Positions 12,170-24,622 of a stretch of DNA of 64,000 bases are shown in pieces (the stretch's first letter is position 1; each line of letters begins with the position of its first letter). A program made the translations under genes and the position numbers. The stretch spans positions 10,602,001 to 10,666,000 of the forward strand of contig OZ024765.1 in assembly GCA_964016885.1 (NCBI GenBank), in the 5' to 3' direction. Source of the DNA: Eledone cirrhosa. Lineage: Eukaryota. The notes below the pieces were generated by a model. The model had not been told where the DNA came from. It did not search any database and saw only the letters and a program-made list of their open reading frames with translations.

Positions 12170-13298
12170 AATATATATATATACATATATATAAATATAT
12201 ATATATATACATATTTACATATATATAAATATATATATACATATTTACATATATATAAATATATATATACATATTTACATATATATAAATATATATATAC
12301 ATATTTATATAAATATATATATACATATTTATATATATATATATATACATATTTACATATATATAAATATATATATATATACATATTTACATATATATAA
12401 ATATATACATATATATACATATATATACATATATACATATTTACATATATATAAATATATACATATATATAAATATATATATATACATATATACATATAT
12501 ATAAATATATACATTTAAAGTATATGATAAACACGAAATATGTTTACATTGCAGCAGACAAAGTTAGCTATTAATGAAATAAACTAATAAAAGTGAATAC
12601 AATTTGTCTGTCTCGATATAAGTCAATAAAGACAAGGTTATATTGGCAACGGCCATGATTCCTGGACATATTTAAATTTCAAAATTCAAACCTGTTCTGT
12701 AGACGAATTTGAACCTCGAAACCCAAATAAGTTTCGCAACGGTGGAATGTGAATTGAAAAATAAAGAGAATCGAAATGGAATAGAAATAAAAGAGTGAAA
12801 TGTCCAAATCTTCTGTGCATATCAACAGGAATCCAGTAAGATTAGTCTATTTCACATCAAAAATTTTGCAGGTCTGACTACACGTGGGTAGGCAGGCCAA
12901 AACTAGCTATCCCACATTCACGGTGCTAGAAATAACAGCCGCTTATGCAGGATTAAGGATCAGCTCTTACAATAAAGGAGCTATACATTATATTATATTT
13001 TGAGAATAAACTCTCAGTCGTTTACAATAATTAAGCTCCAGGAAGGGGCTCTTCCGAGCAGTTAATACATTTAAAGTATATGATAAACACGAAATGTGTT
13101 TACATTGCAACAGACAAAGTTAGCTATTAATGAAATAAACTAATAAAAGTGAATACAATATATATATATATATATATATAAACACACATACACACATATT
13201 TACATATATTTATATATCTATACACACATTTATATACATGCATACATTGTTATTTGTTGTATTTTTCCATCTTTTTTTATTTCATTTTATTGATATAT

Positions 13299-13378
13299 AC
13301 AGGGTGTCCCAAAAATGTATACATACTTTTATTAGAATGCTGTTGAAGTGTGCATACATTTTTTGGGCGAAACCCTGT
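13299..13378. mobile_element. Tc1-type mini-MITE (also ~35110-35186 and ~40316-40413)
   Basis: TA|cagggtgtcccaaaaatgtatac...tacattttttggg...ccctg|TA. Confidence 0.7.
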
Positions 13379-13408
13379 ATATTTATATTTATTTTTATTT
13401 TATTTCAG

Positions 13409-13632
13409 GCATTGAGCAGTATCATTGGCCATCTTCCAAACTTAGTGTCCTTAATCAACCTGACAAACACTTTATTTTGCCTGGTGACATTGGCCTCCAA
13501 GAATTCCTCCCAAACATCAGAGCAAATATTGATAATAAGTCTAATACAGCAACAACTACTACTACTAAAAAAAATTCTTCAGCTCTCCTTATGAAATATG
13601 AAATACCCGCAAGCAATCTGAAATACATCCCT
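13409..13632 (+). CDS. MMADHC: MMADHC coding exon 3
   Basis: WPSSKLSVLNQPDKHFILPGDIG aligns to human [23 protein letters not shown]; tttcag acceptor, CCT|gtaaga donor, phase 1->0. Confidence 0.9.
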
Positions 13633-13656
13633 GTAAGAAGTTTGTTTGTTTGTTTG

Positions 13657-14909
13657 TTGTTGGTATTCTCTGATTTAACCCTTTAGCATTTACATAACTC
13701 TATATTTACTATTGCATTGTTGTTGGTAGTCTCTGATTTAACCCTTTAGCATTTACATAACTCTATATTTACTATTGTATTGTTGTTGGTATTCTCTGAT
13801 TTAACCCTTTAGCATTTACATAACTCTATATTTACTATTGCATTGTTGTTGGTAGTCTCTGATTTAACCCTTTAGCATTTACATAACTCTATATTTACTA
13901 TTGCATTGTTGTTGGTATTCTCTGATTTAACCCTTTAGCATTTACATAACTCTATATTTACTATTGTATTGTTGTTGGTATTCTCTGATTTAACCCTTTA
14001 GCATTTACATAACTCTATATTTACTATTGCATTGTTGTTGGTAGTCTCTGATTTAACCCTTTAGCATTTACATAACTCTATATTTACTATTGCATTGTTG
14101 TTGGTATTCTCTGATTTAACCCTTTAGCATTTACATAACTCTATATTTACTATTGTATTGTTGTTGGTATTCTCTGATTTAACCCTTTAGCATTTACATA
14201 ACTCTATATTTACTATTGTATTGTTGTTGGTATTCTCTGATTTAACCCTTTAGCATTTACATAACTCTATATTTACTATTGCATTGTTGTTGGTATTCTC
14301 TGATTTAACCCTTTAGCATTTACATAACTCTATATTTACTATTGCATTGTTGTTGGTATTCTCTGATTTAACCCTTTAGCATTTACATAACTCTATATTT
14401 ACTATTGCATTGTTGTTGGTAGTCTCTGATTTAACCCTTTAGCATTTACATAACTCTATATTTACTATTGCATTGTTGTTGGTATTCTCTGATTTAACCC
14501 TTTAGCATTTACATAACTCTATATTTACTATTGTATTGTTGTTGGTATTCTCTGATTTAACCCTTTAGCATTTACATAACTCTATATTTACTATTGTATT
14601 GTTGTTGGTATTCTCTGATTTAACCCTTTAGCATTTACATAACTCTATATTTACTATTGCATTGTTGTTGGTATTCTCTGATTTAACCCTTTAGCATTTA
14701 CATAACTCTATATTTACTATTGTATTGTTGTTGTAAAGGCTTTATCTTACATAATTATCTCACATAATATTGAATCTATGAGATTTTGATATTATTTATT
14801 TTGAGAACAATACCTTAACATCAGTATGAGTAGCCAGTTACAGCCAGTTTGAACAGAAAGAAATGAGAGTTTTGGCTGGATATGCCCAGTTTAGATGCTA
14901 AAGGGTTAA
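13657..14909. repeat. 63-bp tandem array (~17 copies, 13657-14732) spanning a host-intron/MITE junction, followed by the rest of the piggyBac-type MITE
   Basis: Unit gttgttggtattctctgat-TTAA-ccctttagcatttacataactctatatttactattgcatt; right end ctaaagggTTAA at ~14909. Confidence 0.9.
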
Positions 14910-14937
14910 ACAATGATGATATAAATATATATATATG

Positions 14938-14973
14938 ATCTCTCTCTCTCTCTCATTCTCTCTCTCTCTCTCT

Positions 14974-15013
<40 letters not shown>

Positions 15014-15035
15014 CTCTCTATCTATCTCACTCTCT

Positions 15036-15071
<36 letters not shown>

Positions 15072-15175
15072 CTCTCTCTCTCTCTCTCCCATTCTCTCTA
15101 TCTCTCTCTCTCATTCTCTCTCTCTCTCTCTCTCTCTCATTCTCTCTCACTTTCTCTCATTCTCTCTCTCTCTCT

Positions 15176-15223
<48 letters not shown>

Positions 15224-15270
15224 CTCTCTATCTATCTCACTCTCTCTCATTCTCTCTCTCTCTCTCTCTC
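14938..15270. repeat. (CT)n/(CTCATT) polypyrimidine tract running into the acceptor of MMADHC exon 4
   Basis: Direct inspection. Confidence 0.95.
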
Positions 15271-15274
15271 ACAG

Positions 15275-15368
15275 CCAGAAGACACTGAACCCAGCAATGG
15301 TTGCATTCTGCCAGACTATGAAATTTTAGAATGTATCGCTCAGGCATATCCAATGCCACTCAGGAAAA
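15275..15368 (+). CDS. MMADHC: MMADHC coding exon 4 (PEDTEPSNGCILPDYEILECIAQAYPMPLRK)
   Basis: LECIAQAYPMPLRK aligns to human VECAIQTCPELLRK; acag acceptor, A|gtaagg donor, phase 0->1. Not in the ORF track. Confidence 0.88.
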
Positions 15369-15372
15369 GTAA

Positions 15373-16305
15373 GGTGGCGGTGATGTTGTGGTGGTGGTGT
15401 TGTTGTTGTTGTGGTGGTGATGCTGTTGTAGTGGTGTTGTGGTGTTGTGGTGGTGTTGTTGTTGTTGTTGTTGTGGTGATGGTGTTGTTGTTGTTGTTGT
15501 GGTGGTGATGCTGTTGTGGTGGTGTTGTGGTGTTGTTGTTGTGGCGGTGTTGTGGTGTTGTTGTTGTGGCGGTGTTGTGGTGTTGTGGTGGTGGTGGTGT
15601 AGGGGGGGGGGGGTGATGTGGTGGGAATTGGTGTTTGGTGTGGTGGTAGTGTTGTGGTTGTTGGTGGTGGTGGTGTTGATTGTGGTGGGAATTGGTGTTT
15701 GGTGGTGGTGTTGTGGTGGTGGTGTTGCGGTTGTGGTTGGTGTATTGGTGTAGTGGTGGTGATGGTGGTGTTGTGGTGTTGTTGTGGTGATGCTGTTGTG
15801 GTGGTGTTGTGGTGTTGTTGTTGTGGCGGTGGGTGTTGTAGTGATGTTGTGGTGTTGTGGTGGTGGGGGGGCGGGTGATGTGGTGGGAATTGGTGTTTGG
15901 TGGTGGTGGTGGTGTTGTGGTAGTGTTGTTGGTGGTGGTGTTGATTGTGGTGGGAATTGGTGTTTGGTGGTGGTGGTGGTGTTGTGGTTGGTGGTGGTGG
16001 TGTTGCGGTTGTGGTTGGTGTATTGGTGTAGTGGTGGTGATGGTGGTGTTGTGGTGTTGTTGTGGTGATGGTGGTGTTGTTGTTGTTGTGGTGATGCTGT
16101 TGTGGTGGTGTTGTGGTGTTGTTGTTGTGGCGGTGTTGTGGTGATGTTGTGGTGGTGGGGGGGGGATTGGTGTTTGGTGTGGTGGTGGTGTTGTGGTTGG
16201 TGGTGTTGTGGTTGGTGTATTGGTGTAGTGGTGGTGGTGGTGGTGTTGTTTTGGTTGTTGTTGTTGTTGGTGGTGGGTGTATTAGTGGTACGGTGGTGGT
16301 TGTGG
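15373..16305. repeat. (GGT)n/(GTT)n low-complexity array
   Basis: Direct inspection. Confidence 0.95.
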
Positions 16306-16429
16306 AAGTGCACCAACGCTGTGAGGCTGTCAAATCTTCAAGGAGCCCCCTTATTTTGTGGACTGTATCCTGACCATAAGAAAGTAAATATTTCTCTAGA
16401 GGGAGAAATCATCATGTGGTATAGGTCAC

Positions 16430-16858
16430 AGAAGAGAGGCAATAGCCGGTTGTGGTTGGACTTCATGTATGGTTGAGCCTCCTACTGATCTACTCTCTCT
16501 ACCACATGCTTGACAGGCATGATGAGTAGCATCTCTGACAGCAGCCTGGTAGTCAACCACTGGTCTCACTTTATGACTGCGAAGATGACTTTCGAGTCCA
16601 GCTTTACTGAGGCAGAGTATTGCACAGACGCTGCATGTCAGTGCCATAGGAGGACCTTTGCTGTCTGGAAATGTAACAGCAATGCTTTTGCTGACATCCC
16701 TTTTTAATTTCTCCTATGCGATTTGAGATGCTTCAAAAACAACTTTCCCCTCATGTCTTTCTTCATTTATTATGATCAGCAACTACGCTTTCCCATGAAT
16801 CAGCAGAGATGTTAGCGTCTTTTAAGGAGGCTTTCAACAAATCCTTATACCTCTTTTT
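16430..16858 (-). mobile_element. RTE/BovB-like LINE C-terminus with C2H2 finger, degenerate
   Basis: KKRYKDLLKASLKDANISADSWESVVAD...CSVCAILCLSKAGLESHLRSH. Confidence 0.75.
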
Positions 16859-16861
16859 TTT

Positions 16862-17080
16862 CACACTGCAAAGTGGTCGTGTAGGAGACACGGTAAAAAG
16901 GCTCCCAGTCCACACTGTAAAAGTGGTTGGTGTTAGGAAGGGCATCCAGCTGTAGAAAACCTGCCAGAGACACTTCCGTACGAGTGAGACACAGTCTCCT
17001 GACCAACCCCGCATCAAATGGAACAAAACCGTCTAACCCATGCTAGAGTGGAAGATGGACGTTAAACGAAAATGATGATG
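16862..17080 (+). mobile_element. RTE family B-related 3'UTR
   Basis: gttggtgttaggaagggcatccagctgtagaaa...ggacgttaaacg..atgatga. Confidence 0.7.
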
Positions 17081-17081
17081 A

Positions 17082-17121
<40 letters not shown>

Positions 17122-17326
17122 CGTTAGAAAGGGCATCCAGCTATAGAAAACCAGCCAGAAACACCCCTATATGAGCGAGACACAGTCACTTGACCCAACT
17201 TGCCTCTAAATGGGACCCATCTAACCCATGCTAGCGTGGATGTTGGATGTCAATCGATGATGATGATGATGATGATGATATATACACACACACATACATA
17301 TATATCTATGTATATTCTATTTGCAG

Positions 17327-17463
17327 CCTTTAGTTCCCTCTTTTCTGACCATAACATCATGGAAGGTGAGTTCACTATTATCACAATCACCCAACATACA
17401 CTAAATGACATGGCCACTTACAGTCGACAAGTTGCAGAGGAACGAGAAAAACTTCATCAAAGT
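17327..17463 (+). CDS. MMADHC: MMADHC coding exon 5
   Basis: FSSLFSDHNIMEGEFTIITITQHTLNDMATYSRQVAEEREKLHQS aligns to human FESLFPE...[24 protein letters not shown]; ttgcag / gtaagt, phase 1->0. Confidence 0.92.
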
Positions 17464-17693
17464 GTAAGTAAGAATTAACCACCCCTTTAACATTTAAACC
17501 GGCTGCAACCAGCCACACATAGTGATTCACAAACCTCAGTTCACAAACTTAATTCCTTCTTTAACCCTTTAGCATTTCAACCGGCCATATCTGGCCAGAA
17601 TTCTCTCACCTCTTTCTATTCAAACCGGCTGCAACCAGCCACTCATACAGATTCACAAACCTCAGTTCACAAACTTAATTCCTTCTTTAACTG

Positions 17694-18033
17694 TGGAGGC
17701 ACATGGCTTAGTGGTTAGAGCATTGGCCTTGCAATCGAAAGGTTGTGAGTTCAATTCTCAGACCGGGCGATGTGTTGTTTCCTTGAGCAAGACACTTTAT
17801 TTCACATTGCTCCAGTTTACTCAGCTGTAGAAATGAGATGATAGGGACTGGGGTTCCTATCATTCCATTGCAAAGTGGACGTGGAGGTGCCACGGCAAAA
17901 AAGCACCCAGCACTCACTGTAAATGAGGTTGGTGTTAGGAAGGGCATCCAGCTGTAGAAATCAAGCCAGAATCAGTTCCCGTCCCACCCTTGCAAGCAGG
18001 GAAAAAGCGGACGTAAAATGAAATGATGATGAT
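17694..18033 (+). mobile_element. SINE family A copy inserted within a cluster of MITE fragments
   Basis: Full head to tail; flanked by ccctttagcattt MITE pieces over 17485-18395. Confidence 0.9.
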
Positions 18034-18409
18034 GAACCCTTTAGCATTTCAACCGGCCATACCCGGCCAGAATTCACTCACCTCTTTCTATTCAAACCGG
18101 CTGCAACCAGCCACACATACTGATTCACAAACCTCAGTTCACAAACTTAATTCCTTCTTTAACCATTTAGCATTTAAACCGGCCATAACTGGCTGCTCAT
18201 ACTGACATTAGTGTATTTTTCTCAAAATAAATATTATCAAAATTTCATAGATTTGATATTATGTGAGGTAAAACCTTTACCGTGAAAATAAAATAGTGTA
18301 TATAAAGTAATGTAAATGCCAAAAGGTTAACTCTTTAGCCTTTAAAACTGCCATATCTGGCCAGAATTCTCTCATTTCTTTCTGTTCAAACTCTTCTCCT
18401 ATATTTCAG

Positions 18410-18496
18410 TTCATGGATGGAGCTAAAACGATCTGTGAGTCTCTGCAGAATTGTGGCTTCTGGGCCAACTACCTGGACACCTCTACAGGGAAGATG
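18410..18496 (+). CDS. MMADHC: MMADHC coding exon 6 (FMDGAKTICESLQNCGFWANYLDTSTGKM)
   Basis: Aligns to human [29 protein letters not shown]; 87 nt, tttcag / gtaggt, phase 0->0. Confidence 0.93.
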
Positions 18497-18631
18497 GTAG
18501 GTGGAGCTGTTGTCATTGTCATTGTTATCATTATTGTCACTAGCATAAAAACCAAACTATGGGTAGTTTTCTGCTAGCATGTGTAGTGTGTATATTGATA
18601 TTATATGCAAGTATATATACATGTAGGCAAA

Positions 18632-18973
18632 TGGAGGCACATGGCTTAGTGGTTAGAGCATTGGCCTTGCAATCGAAAGGTTCTGAGTTCAATTCTCAGA
18701 CCGGATGATGTGTTGCTTCCTTGAGCAAGACACTTTATTTCACATTGCTCCAGTTTACTCAGCTGTAGAAATGAGATGATAGGGACTGGGGTCCCTATCA
18801 TTCCACTGCAAAGTGGTCGTGGAGGTACCACGGCAAAAAAAGCACCCAGCACTCACTGTAAATGAGGTTGGTGTTAAGAAGGGCATCCAGCTGTAGAAAT
18901 CAAGCCAGAATCAGTTCCCGTCCCACCCTTGCAAGCAGGGAAAAAGCGGACGTAAAATGAAATGATGATGATG
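18632..18973 (+). mobile_element. SINE family A copy
   Basis: Near-identical to 17694-18033. Confidence 0.9.
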
Positions 18974-19768
18974 ATATACATGTAGATATGATCAAATAAA
19001 ATCGTAATTAAACGAAGACTGCGTTACACTGTCTTATGTAATCAGTAACGTAATCCATGATACATTAAAAAAAGACGATATTATATATAAACTGCATTAG
19101 GAGAAAATTAGTGACGGAAATATATGAATGTTTATTTAAGCGATCGCTAACCGGAAGTGTTGACATTTGAAAATTTTAACGAAGTGAATCTTTAAATAAG
19201 TAATAAAATATATTTAATTAACAGCCACAAAATTTAGTAGATAAATTATGTAATAGTCATTCATTATTTATTCAAAGTAATCCAACTTATTTTACTAAAG
19301 GGATAAAAAATTATAAACTGTACGCAGTCCCGCACTTCTTACTTTATTATAGTTTAGATAGGACGGTGGATTGGCAGTATCGGTAGAGGGTCGGACACCA
19401 TGTTTTACTGCAAAGAGTTACGGCCCTATAAACACACCTGTAAACATATATGTACACACACATCCATGTAAGCATACACCTGTAAACCTACATGTACACA
19501 CACATGTACACATTCACATGCACTCACTTGTACACACAAATACACATGTACACACATACAAACATACACCTGTAAACACACACAAATACACTTATGTACA
19601 CACACAAATACACTCATGTACACACACATCCATGTAAACACACAGACATAAATACACACACACACGCACTCACTTGTACACACACACAGACATAAACACA
19701 CACACACACACTCGTACGTACACACACCCGTAAACATACATGTACACACATCTCTCTGTCTGTTGCAG

Positions 19769-19987
19769 TACTTCGAACAAAACACCGAAGACGCTATGTA
19801 CGAGACAGATGACCGATACCGTCTACTGGGCTTTGAAATGGAGGATCTTATCTGCTGCAAGGCAATCTCTCACCATAAATGGGGTACACACTCCTACGTG
19901 GGGTGTCTCTTTACCAATGTGCCATGCAACCACGACCTTCTACAAGGAATGGCCTACAAGACCTTATCGCACGTCAACAATCATTAA
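19769..19987 (+). CDS. MMADHC: MMADHC last coding exon
   Basis: YETDDRYRLLGFEMEDLICCKAISHHKWGTHSYVGCLFTN aligns to human [40 protein letters not shown]; ttgcag acceptor, TAA stop. Confidence 0.95.
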   Translation, partial: YFEQNTEDAMYETDDRYRLLGFEMEDLICCKAISHHKWGTHSYVGCLFTNVPCNHDLLQGMAYKTLSHVNNH

Positions 19988-20037
19988 TTTTAGTTTCTGT
20001 TAGAAACTATGTCTTGTTGGGCTTGTTTTATTGTTGG

Positions 20038-20086
<49 letters not shown>

Positions 20087-20087
20087 A

Positions 20088-20705
20088 GCATAGAGTTACG
20101 GCCCTTTACGGTCTGAGTTCAAAATCCCGCCGAGGTTAACTTTGCCTTTCATCCTTACGGGGGTCGATAAAATAAAGTACCAGTAATGTACTGGGTAATT
20201 GCTGGCCTTGTGCCTAAAGTAGAAACAATTATTATGATTAGTACATTAGGGTGCTGGTTCGGCAGAATCAATAGAGTGTCGGATAAGGTTTTGTGGCATA
20301 TAGTTATGGCCCCTTACTTTCTGAGTTTGAGTTTAAATGTTTAAATCCTGCCAAGATTAGTTTTGCTTTTCATCCTTATGGGGCTGATAAAATAAAGCAC
20401 CAGTAACACACTAGGGGTCAATTTAATCAACCTTCCTCTCCCCCAAAATTGCTGGCCTTGTGCCTATATTAGAAATCATTATTATTATTAAAGGGCGGTG
20501 GATTGGCAGTATCGGTAGAGGGTCGGACGCCATGCTTTCCAGCATAGTTACGTCCCTTTACGTTCTGAGTTCAAATCCCGCTGAGGTTGACTTTGCCTTT
20601 CATCCTTACGGGGGTCGATAAAATAAAGTACCAGTAATGCACTGGGTAATTGCTGGCCTTGTGCCTAAAGTAGAAACAATTATTATTATTATTATTATTA
20701 TTATT
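20088..20705 (+). mobile_element. Three tandem SINE family M copies just downstream of the MMADHC stop
   Basis: Copies at ~20088-20235, 20250-20490 and 20493-20705, each with the ttcatcctta.gggg...gataaaataaag.acc core and an (att)n-type tail. Confidence 0.8.
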
Positions 20706-20811
20706 AGTTTAGGACCTGGAGAAGCAACCCAACAAAATTTTGCTTCATGTGTGAAGCTACGGAATTGTTCCTTGGAATGTCATGTTTAATAAGATGGAGC
20801 TTTATAAACAA

Positions 20812-20817
20812 AATAAA
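20812..20817 (+). other. Candidate MMADHC polyadenylation signal
   Basis: First AATAAA outside the SINEs after the stop, followed by a GT/T-rich stretch. Confidence 0.35.
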
Positions 20818-20986
20818 AAGTGTTTGTTTTTTTGTTTCGTTTCAAAGTTTATACTTAATAAAATAATTTAAATTTGAGGTTGAAGTTTTAATTTTCTCTT
20901 CTGGGTAATATGTCTATGTATTCTCTTCTTTTTCTTTTCAATGGCTGATAATACCTTACCGGTGCCACTCGAATAAAGTAATTATT

Positions 20987-21381
20987 TAACCCTTTAACAT
21001 TTACATTACTCTCTATATACTATTGTATTTTCATGGTAAAGGCTTTACCTCACATTTTACCTTTATTTTGAGAACAATATTTTAACATAAGTATGAGCAG
21101 CCAGTTATGGCTAGTTTGGACAGAAGGAAGTGAAAGAATTCTGGCCGGATATGGCAGGTTTAAATGCTAAAGGGTTAAACTGGCCGCATCTGGCCAGAAT
21201 TCTCTCACCTCTTTCTGTTCAAACCAGCCATAACTGGTCGCTCATATTGATGTTAAGGTATTGTTTTCAAAATAAATATCAAAATCTCGTAGATTCGATA
21301 TGTGAGATAATTATGTAAGATAAAGTCTTTACCAAACAATACAATAGTATATATAAAATAATGTCAATGCTAAAGGATTAA
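20987..21381. mobile_element. Two piggyBac-type MITE copies in inverted arrangement
   Basis: ttaaccctttaacatt...gctaaagggttaa, then a reverse-oriented body ending gctaaaggattaa. Confidence 0.75.
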
Positions 21382-21554
21382 CCCATAAATGGTACTACTG
21401 CTCCAGGCCAGAGCAGACCTATGATATCAATGAAGAGCAGACCTATGATATCAATGAAGGGGTAACTCCACATTCCCCACAGCTCCCTACTCCCAAACTG
21501 GAGCCTAGCCACTGGATGCAGACCAATGAGGAGGCATACACCAGAGTGGGCTGA

Positions 21555-22110
21555 CTATGAAGTACTGATGCTAGAGCTATGATGCATTAATTTCAACTCT
21601 TCTCATTAATAGCTGCATTGTTTCTTTCCAGGTAAACTGACACCTGACTGTTCAAAGAAGACTTCAAAAGTAACTAGTAGTGACTTCTCTTCAAAATGGA
21701 CAAAATTTGGCATCATGGTGTTATGAAGTACTGGCAGAAAATGGGTTTAGCCTCAAAGGACATTTATGCTGACATGGCTGCTACATTAAGGGATGACACT
21801 CCAGCTTTATCAACAGTACAAAAGAGGGCAGCTGAATTTAGGAGGGGAAGGGAGAGTTGACCCAAGGTTTGGACGTCCTACAACTGCCACCACCGAGGAA
21901 AACATTGATCGTGTTCACCACATGGTAACGGATGACAGGTAATTGACTATAAATCAAATAACCAATTCTATTGGTATATCCTGTGAGAGAGTTGAGACTA
22001 TTTTGCACAATGAACTTGGCATGACAAAGGTTTCTTCTCAGATGATGCCACATCTTCTGACACCTGGTCAAAACACACCAGACTGATCACATCTGACATT
22101 GTTTGAGGCA
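21555..22110 (+). mobile_element. Mariner transposon relic (5' region plus degenerate N-terminal transposase from ATG 21696)
   Basis: MDKIWHHGVMKY...STVQKRAAEFRRGRES..PRFGRPTT...DR*LTINQI...ILHNELGMTKVSSQMMPHLLT (HTH plus WVPH-linker equivalent); contains a stop and a frameshift. Confidence 0.85.
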
Positions 22111-23298
22111 GATCTATCAATGACATGGAGGCACAAAATCTAGTGGTGCGTTAGACTGGGTTGTGTTGTGTTCTTGAGCAAAACACTTAATTTCATGTAA
22201 CTCCAGTGGTAAGGGTATTGGACTTTGGATTGTAATTTCATGGGTTCAATTCCTGGACCGGGTTGTATGTTGTGTTTTTGAACAAAACACTTCATTTCAT
22301 GTTGCTCCAGTATACTCTTGTACTCTCAGTTGGTTCATGCCATGGAAACCAAGATAAACACAGGTTTGAGGAGACTCCAGGCTTGAGACAGACTTTAAAC
22401 CCTGTGATGGACTGGAGAGCCCTGTCCAGGGGGAAGTCTTATGCTCTCACTCGCTTCATCATCATCATTGTTTAACGTCCATTTTTCCACGCTAGCATGG
22501 GTTAGATGAGTTGTTCTGTTGTGAGAAATGCCAGGTCAGATGACCATGTCTTGCTCTTACAGAACTGATTTTGGTTTGGTTTTTGTGACCAGATACCTTT
22601 CCTAATGCCAACCACATTTACAGTGTGGACTGGGTGCCTGTTGTCGTGTCGCCACCACGACCACTTTACAATGTGGACTGGGTGCCTATTGTCATGACAC
22701 CTACAAGACCACTTTACAGTGTGGGCTGGGGGCTTTGGTGGGAGAGATTGTAGGGATTTGGGTGTGTGTGAGGGGTTGAGTGTTAGGACATGGGAGTGGA
22801 GGTGAAGGTGGTGCAGACTCCGGGCTTGAGACAGTCTTGAATAAGTCACACCTTAAATTATGCTTTTCACGTATATTACTATTACACATCCATCAGAGCA
22901 TGCAAGCTTCATTTCTTTCCAATCTTCACAAGTACTCTGCACACAAGCCCATGTTGGACTACCATGCATCATAGTCTGCCTTTCTGCCATAGAAATCAAG
23001 ATAAACATCAGCTTGAGGCAGACTTTAACCTTGTGATGGACTGGAGTCTTGTACTCTCAGTCACTTCGTGCCATGGAAACTGAGATAAACACTGGTCTGA
23101 GCTCACCGGGCTTGAGACCTTAATTTTACATACAACATTTACAGTGATGAAACAAGTATGATTTAAATAACATTTATATAACATATATATAACAATATAT
23201 TTTTGATATAAAGCAGCAATAAAGGAGCATTAATTATAATTTTATTGAACCAAATGACTGTGTATATGAGTTCCATAATTTCTCATAAACTTTTATGA

Positions 23299-23707
23299 TT
23301 TAACTATTTAGCATTTAAACCGGTTGAATCCAGCCAGAATTCTCTCACCTCTTTCTGATCAAACCAGCTGTAACTGACTGCTCATCCAACATTAACCCTT
23401 TAACATTTACATTACTCTATATTTACTATTATATTTTCACAGTAAAGGCTTTACTTCACATAATTATCTCACATAATATCAAATCTATGAGATTTTGATA
23501 TTATTTATTTTGAGAACAATAGCTTAACATCTGTATGAGCACCCAGTTTGAACAGAAAGAGATGAGAGAATTCTGGTCAGATATGGCCAGTTTAAATGCT
23601 AAAGGGTTAAGGTATTGTTTTCAAAATAAATAATATCAAAACCTCATAGATTTGACATTATGTAAGACAAACCCTTTACTGTGAAAATGTAAATGCTAAA
23701 GAGTTAA
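23299..23707. mobile_element. piggyBac-type MITE with a second copy (23392-23610) nested in reverse at its internal TTAA
   Basis: Inner copy bounded by TTAA at 23392 and 23607; the outer body resumes ggtattgttttcaaaa. Confidence 0.8.
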
Positions 23708-24069
23708 AACAGTCATGGGCAAACTGTGGCCTGTTTAGCATTCTGAATGGCATGCCTGATTTAAAAAGTGCCTTGAATTTTTTTTTTTAAGTAGTGCTGC
23801 CTGCCTTATGGTGAGCCACAGCCTATGTGGCTCTTTGGATGATTAAAAACAAGAAATGTTAAATTAATAGACATTGTATTGTTCTCCTTGGTGACTTTTC
23901 ATCTCTCTCTCTCTCTCTACATATATATGTGTGAGTGTATATATATATATATATATAGGTATTAGAGGTGCAAAGTAATTGTGTCCGAAGGCGGTGTGCC
24001 AAGATGAGCACTCAATGCTCGTGGGGATCAGAGTATTAATAATATATATAAGGGTATAAAGAATTAGTG

Positions 24070-24300
24070 TTGCATCAAATACATATTTAATTACATATTA
24101 CTTAAAAATTTCACTGGCAATTAACTCGAGGAATGATTGATTAATGTTTGATCCTGACTTTGGAATTGGAAGTTCCTCAGATACACTTAGATGTGAACAC
24201 ATCTGAGGAGCTAGCGATTCCAGAGTCAGGATTGATCATTCCTCAAGCTGATCGACAGTGAAACATATGTAATATGTAATTAAATATGTATATGATGCAC
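24070..24300. mobile_element. Degenerate Penelope-like fold-back
   Basis: tacatatttaattacatattac / gtaatatgtaattaaatatgta arms, inner gatcctgactttggaat / attccagagtcaggat, and a hammerhead 3' half gaaa-catatg-ta. Confidence 0.5.
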
Positions 24301-24302
24301 CA

Positions 24303-24570
24303 CTGAAACAGCACAGTTCCCATGACTTTCGGAAACATTTTTTCACGCTCAGAGTTGCTGAAGCATGGAACAAACTTCCTGCATCAGTTGTTAGCTGTCG
24401 AGACACTGCATCCTTTAAGGCCTCCATGCTTCCCCGAGATCCGCCAACACTACAGCTAACACATACACACATGTACTTCCCTGACATTTGTGTATTATTC
24501 TATGTACTTTCTTGACGAGTTGTAGTGCACCTGAGCACTTTACACAATAATTTCATTATTATTATTATTA
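24303..24570 (+). mobile_element. CR1-type LINE 3' end
   Basis: RKHFFTLRVAEAWNKLPASVVSCRDTASFK motif and an (att)n tail. Confidence 0.85.
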
Positions 24571-24622
24571 TATATATATATAAATAAATATACACCGGTG
24601 TGTATGATTGTGTATAGAAGAT

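Noticed and set aside
15326-16333. Mucin-like or His-rich ORFs
   Set aside because: (GGT/GTT)n low-complexity intron sequence.
17694-17770. tRNA gene calls for SINE heads
   Set aside because: A/B boxes are present, but there is no complete cloverleaf and each head continues into a SINE body in many copies.
18990-19358. Possible Helitron 5' portion (minus TCTAAACTATAATAAAG)
   Set aside because: No matching 3' hairpin/CTAG identified, so too weak to call.
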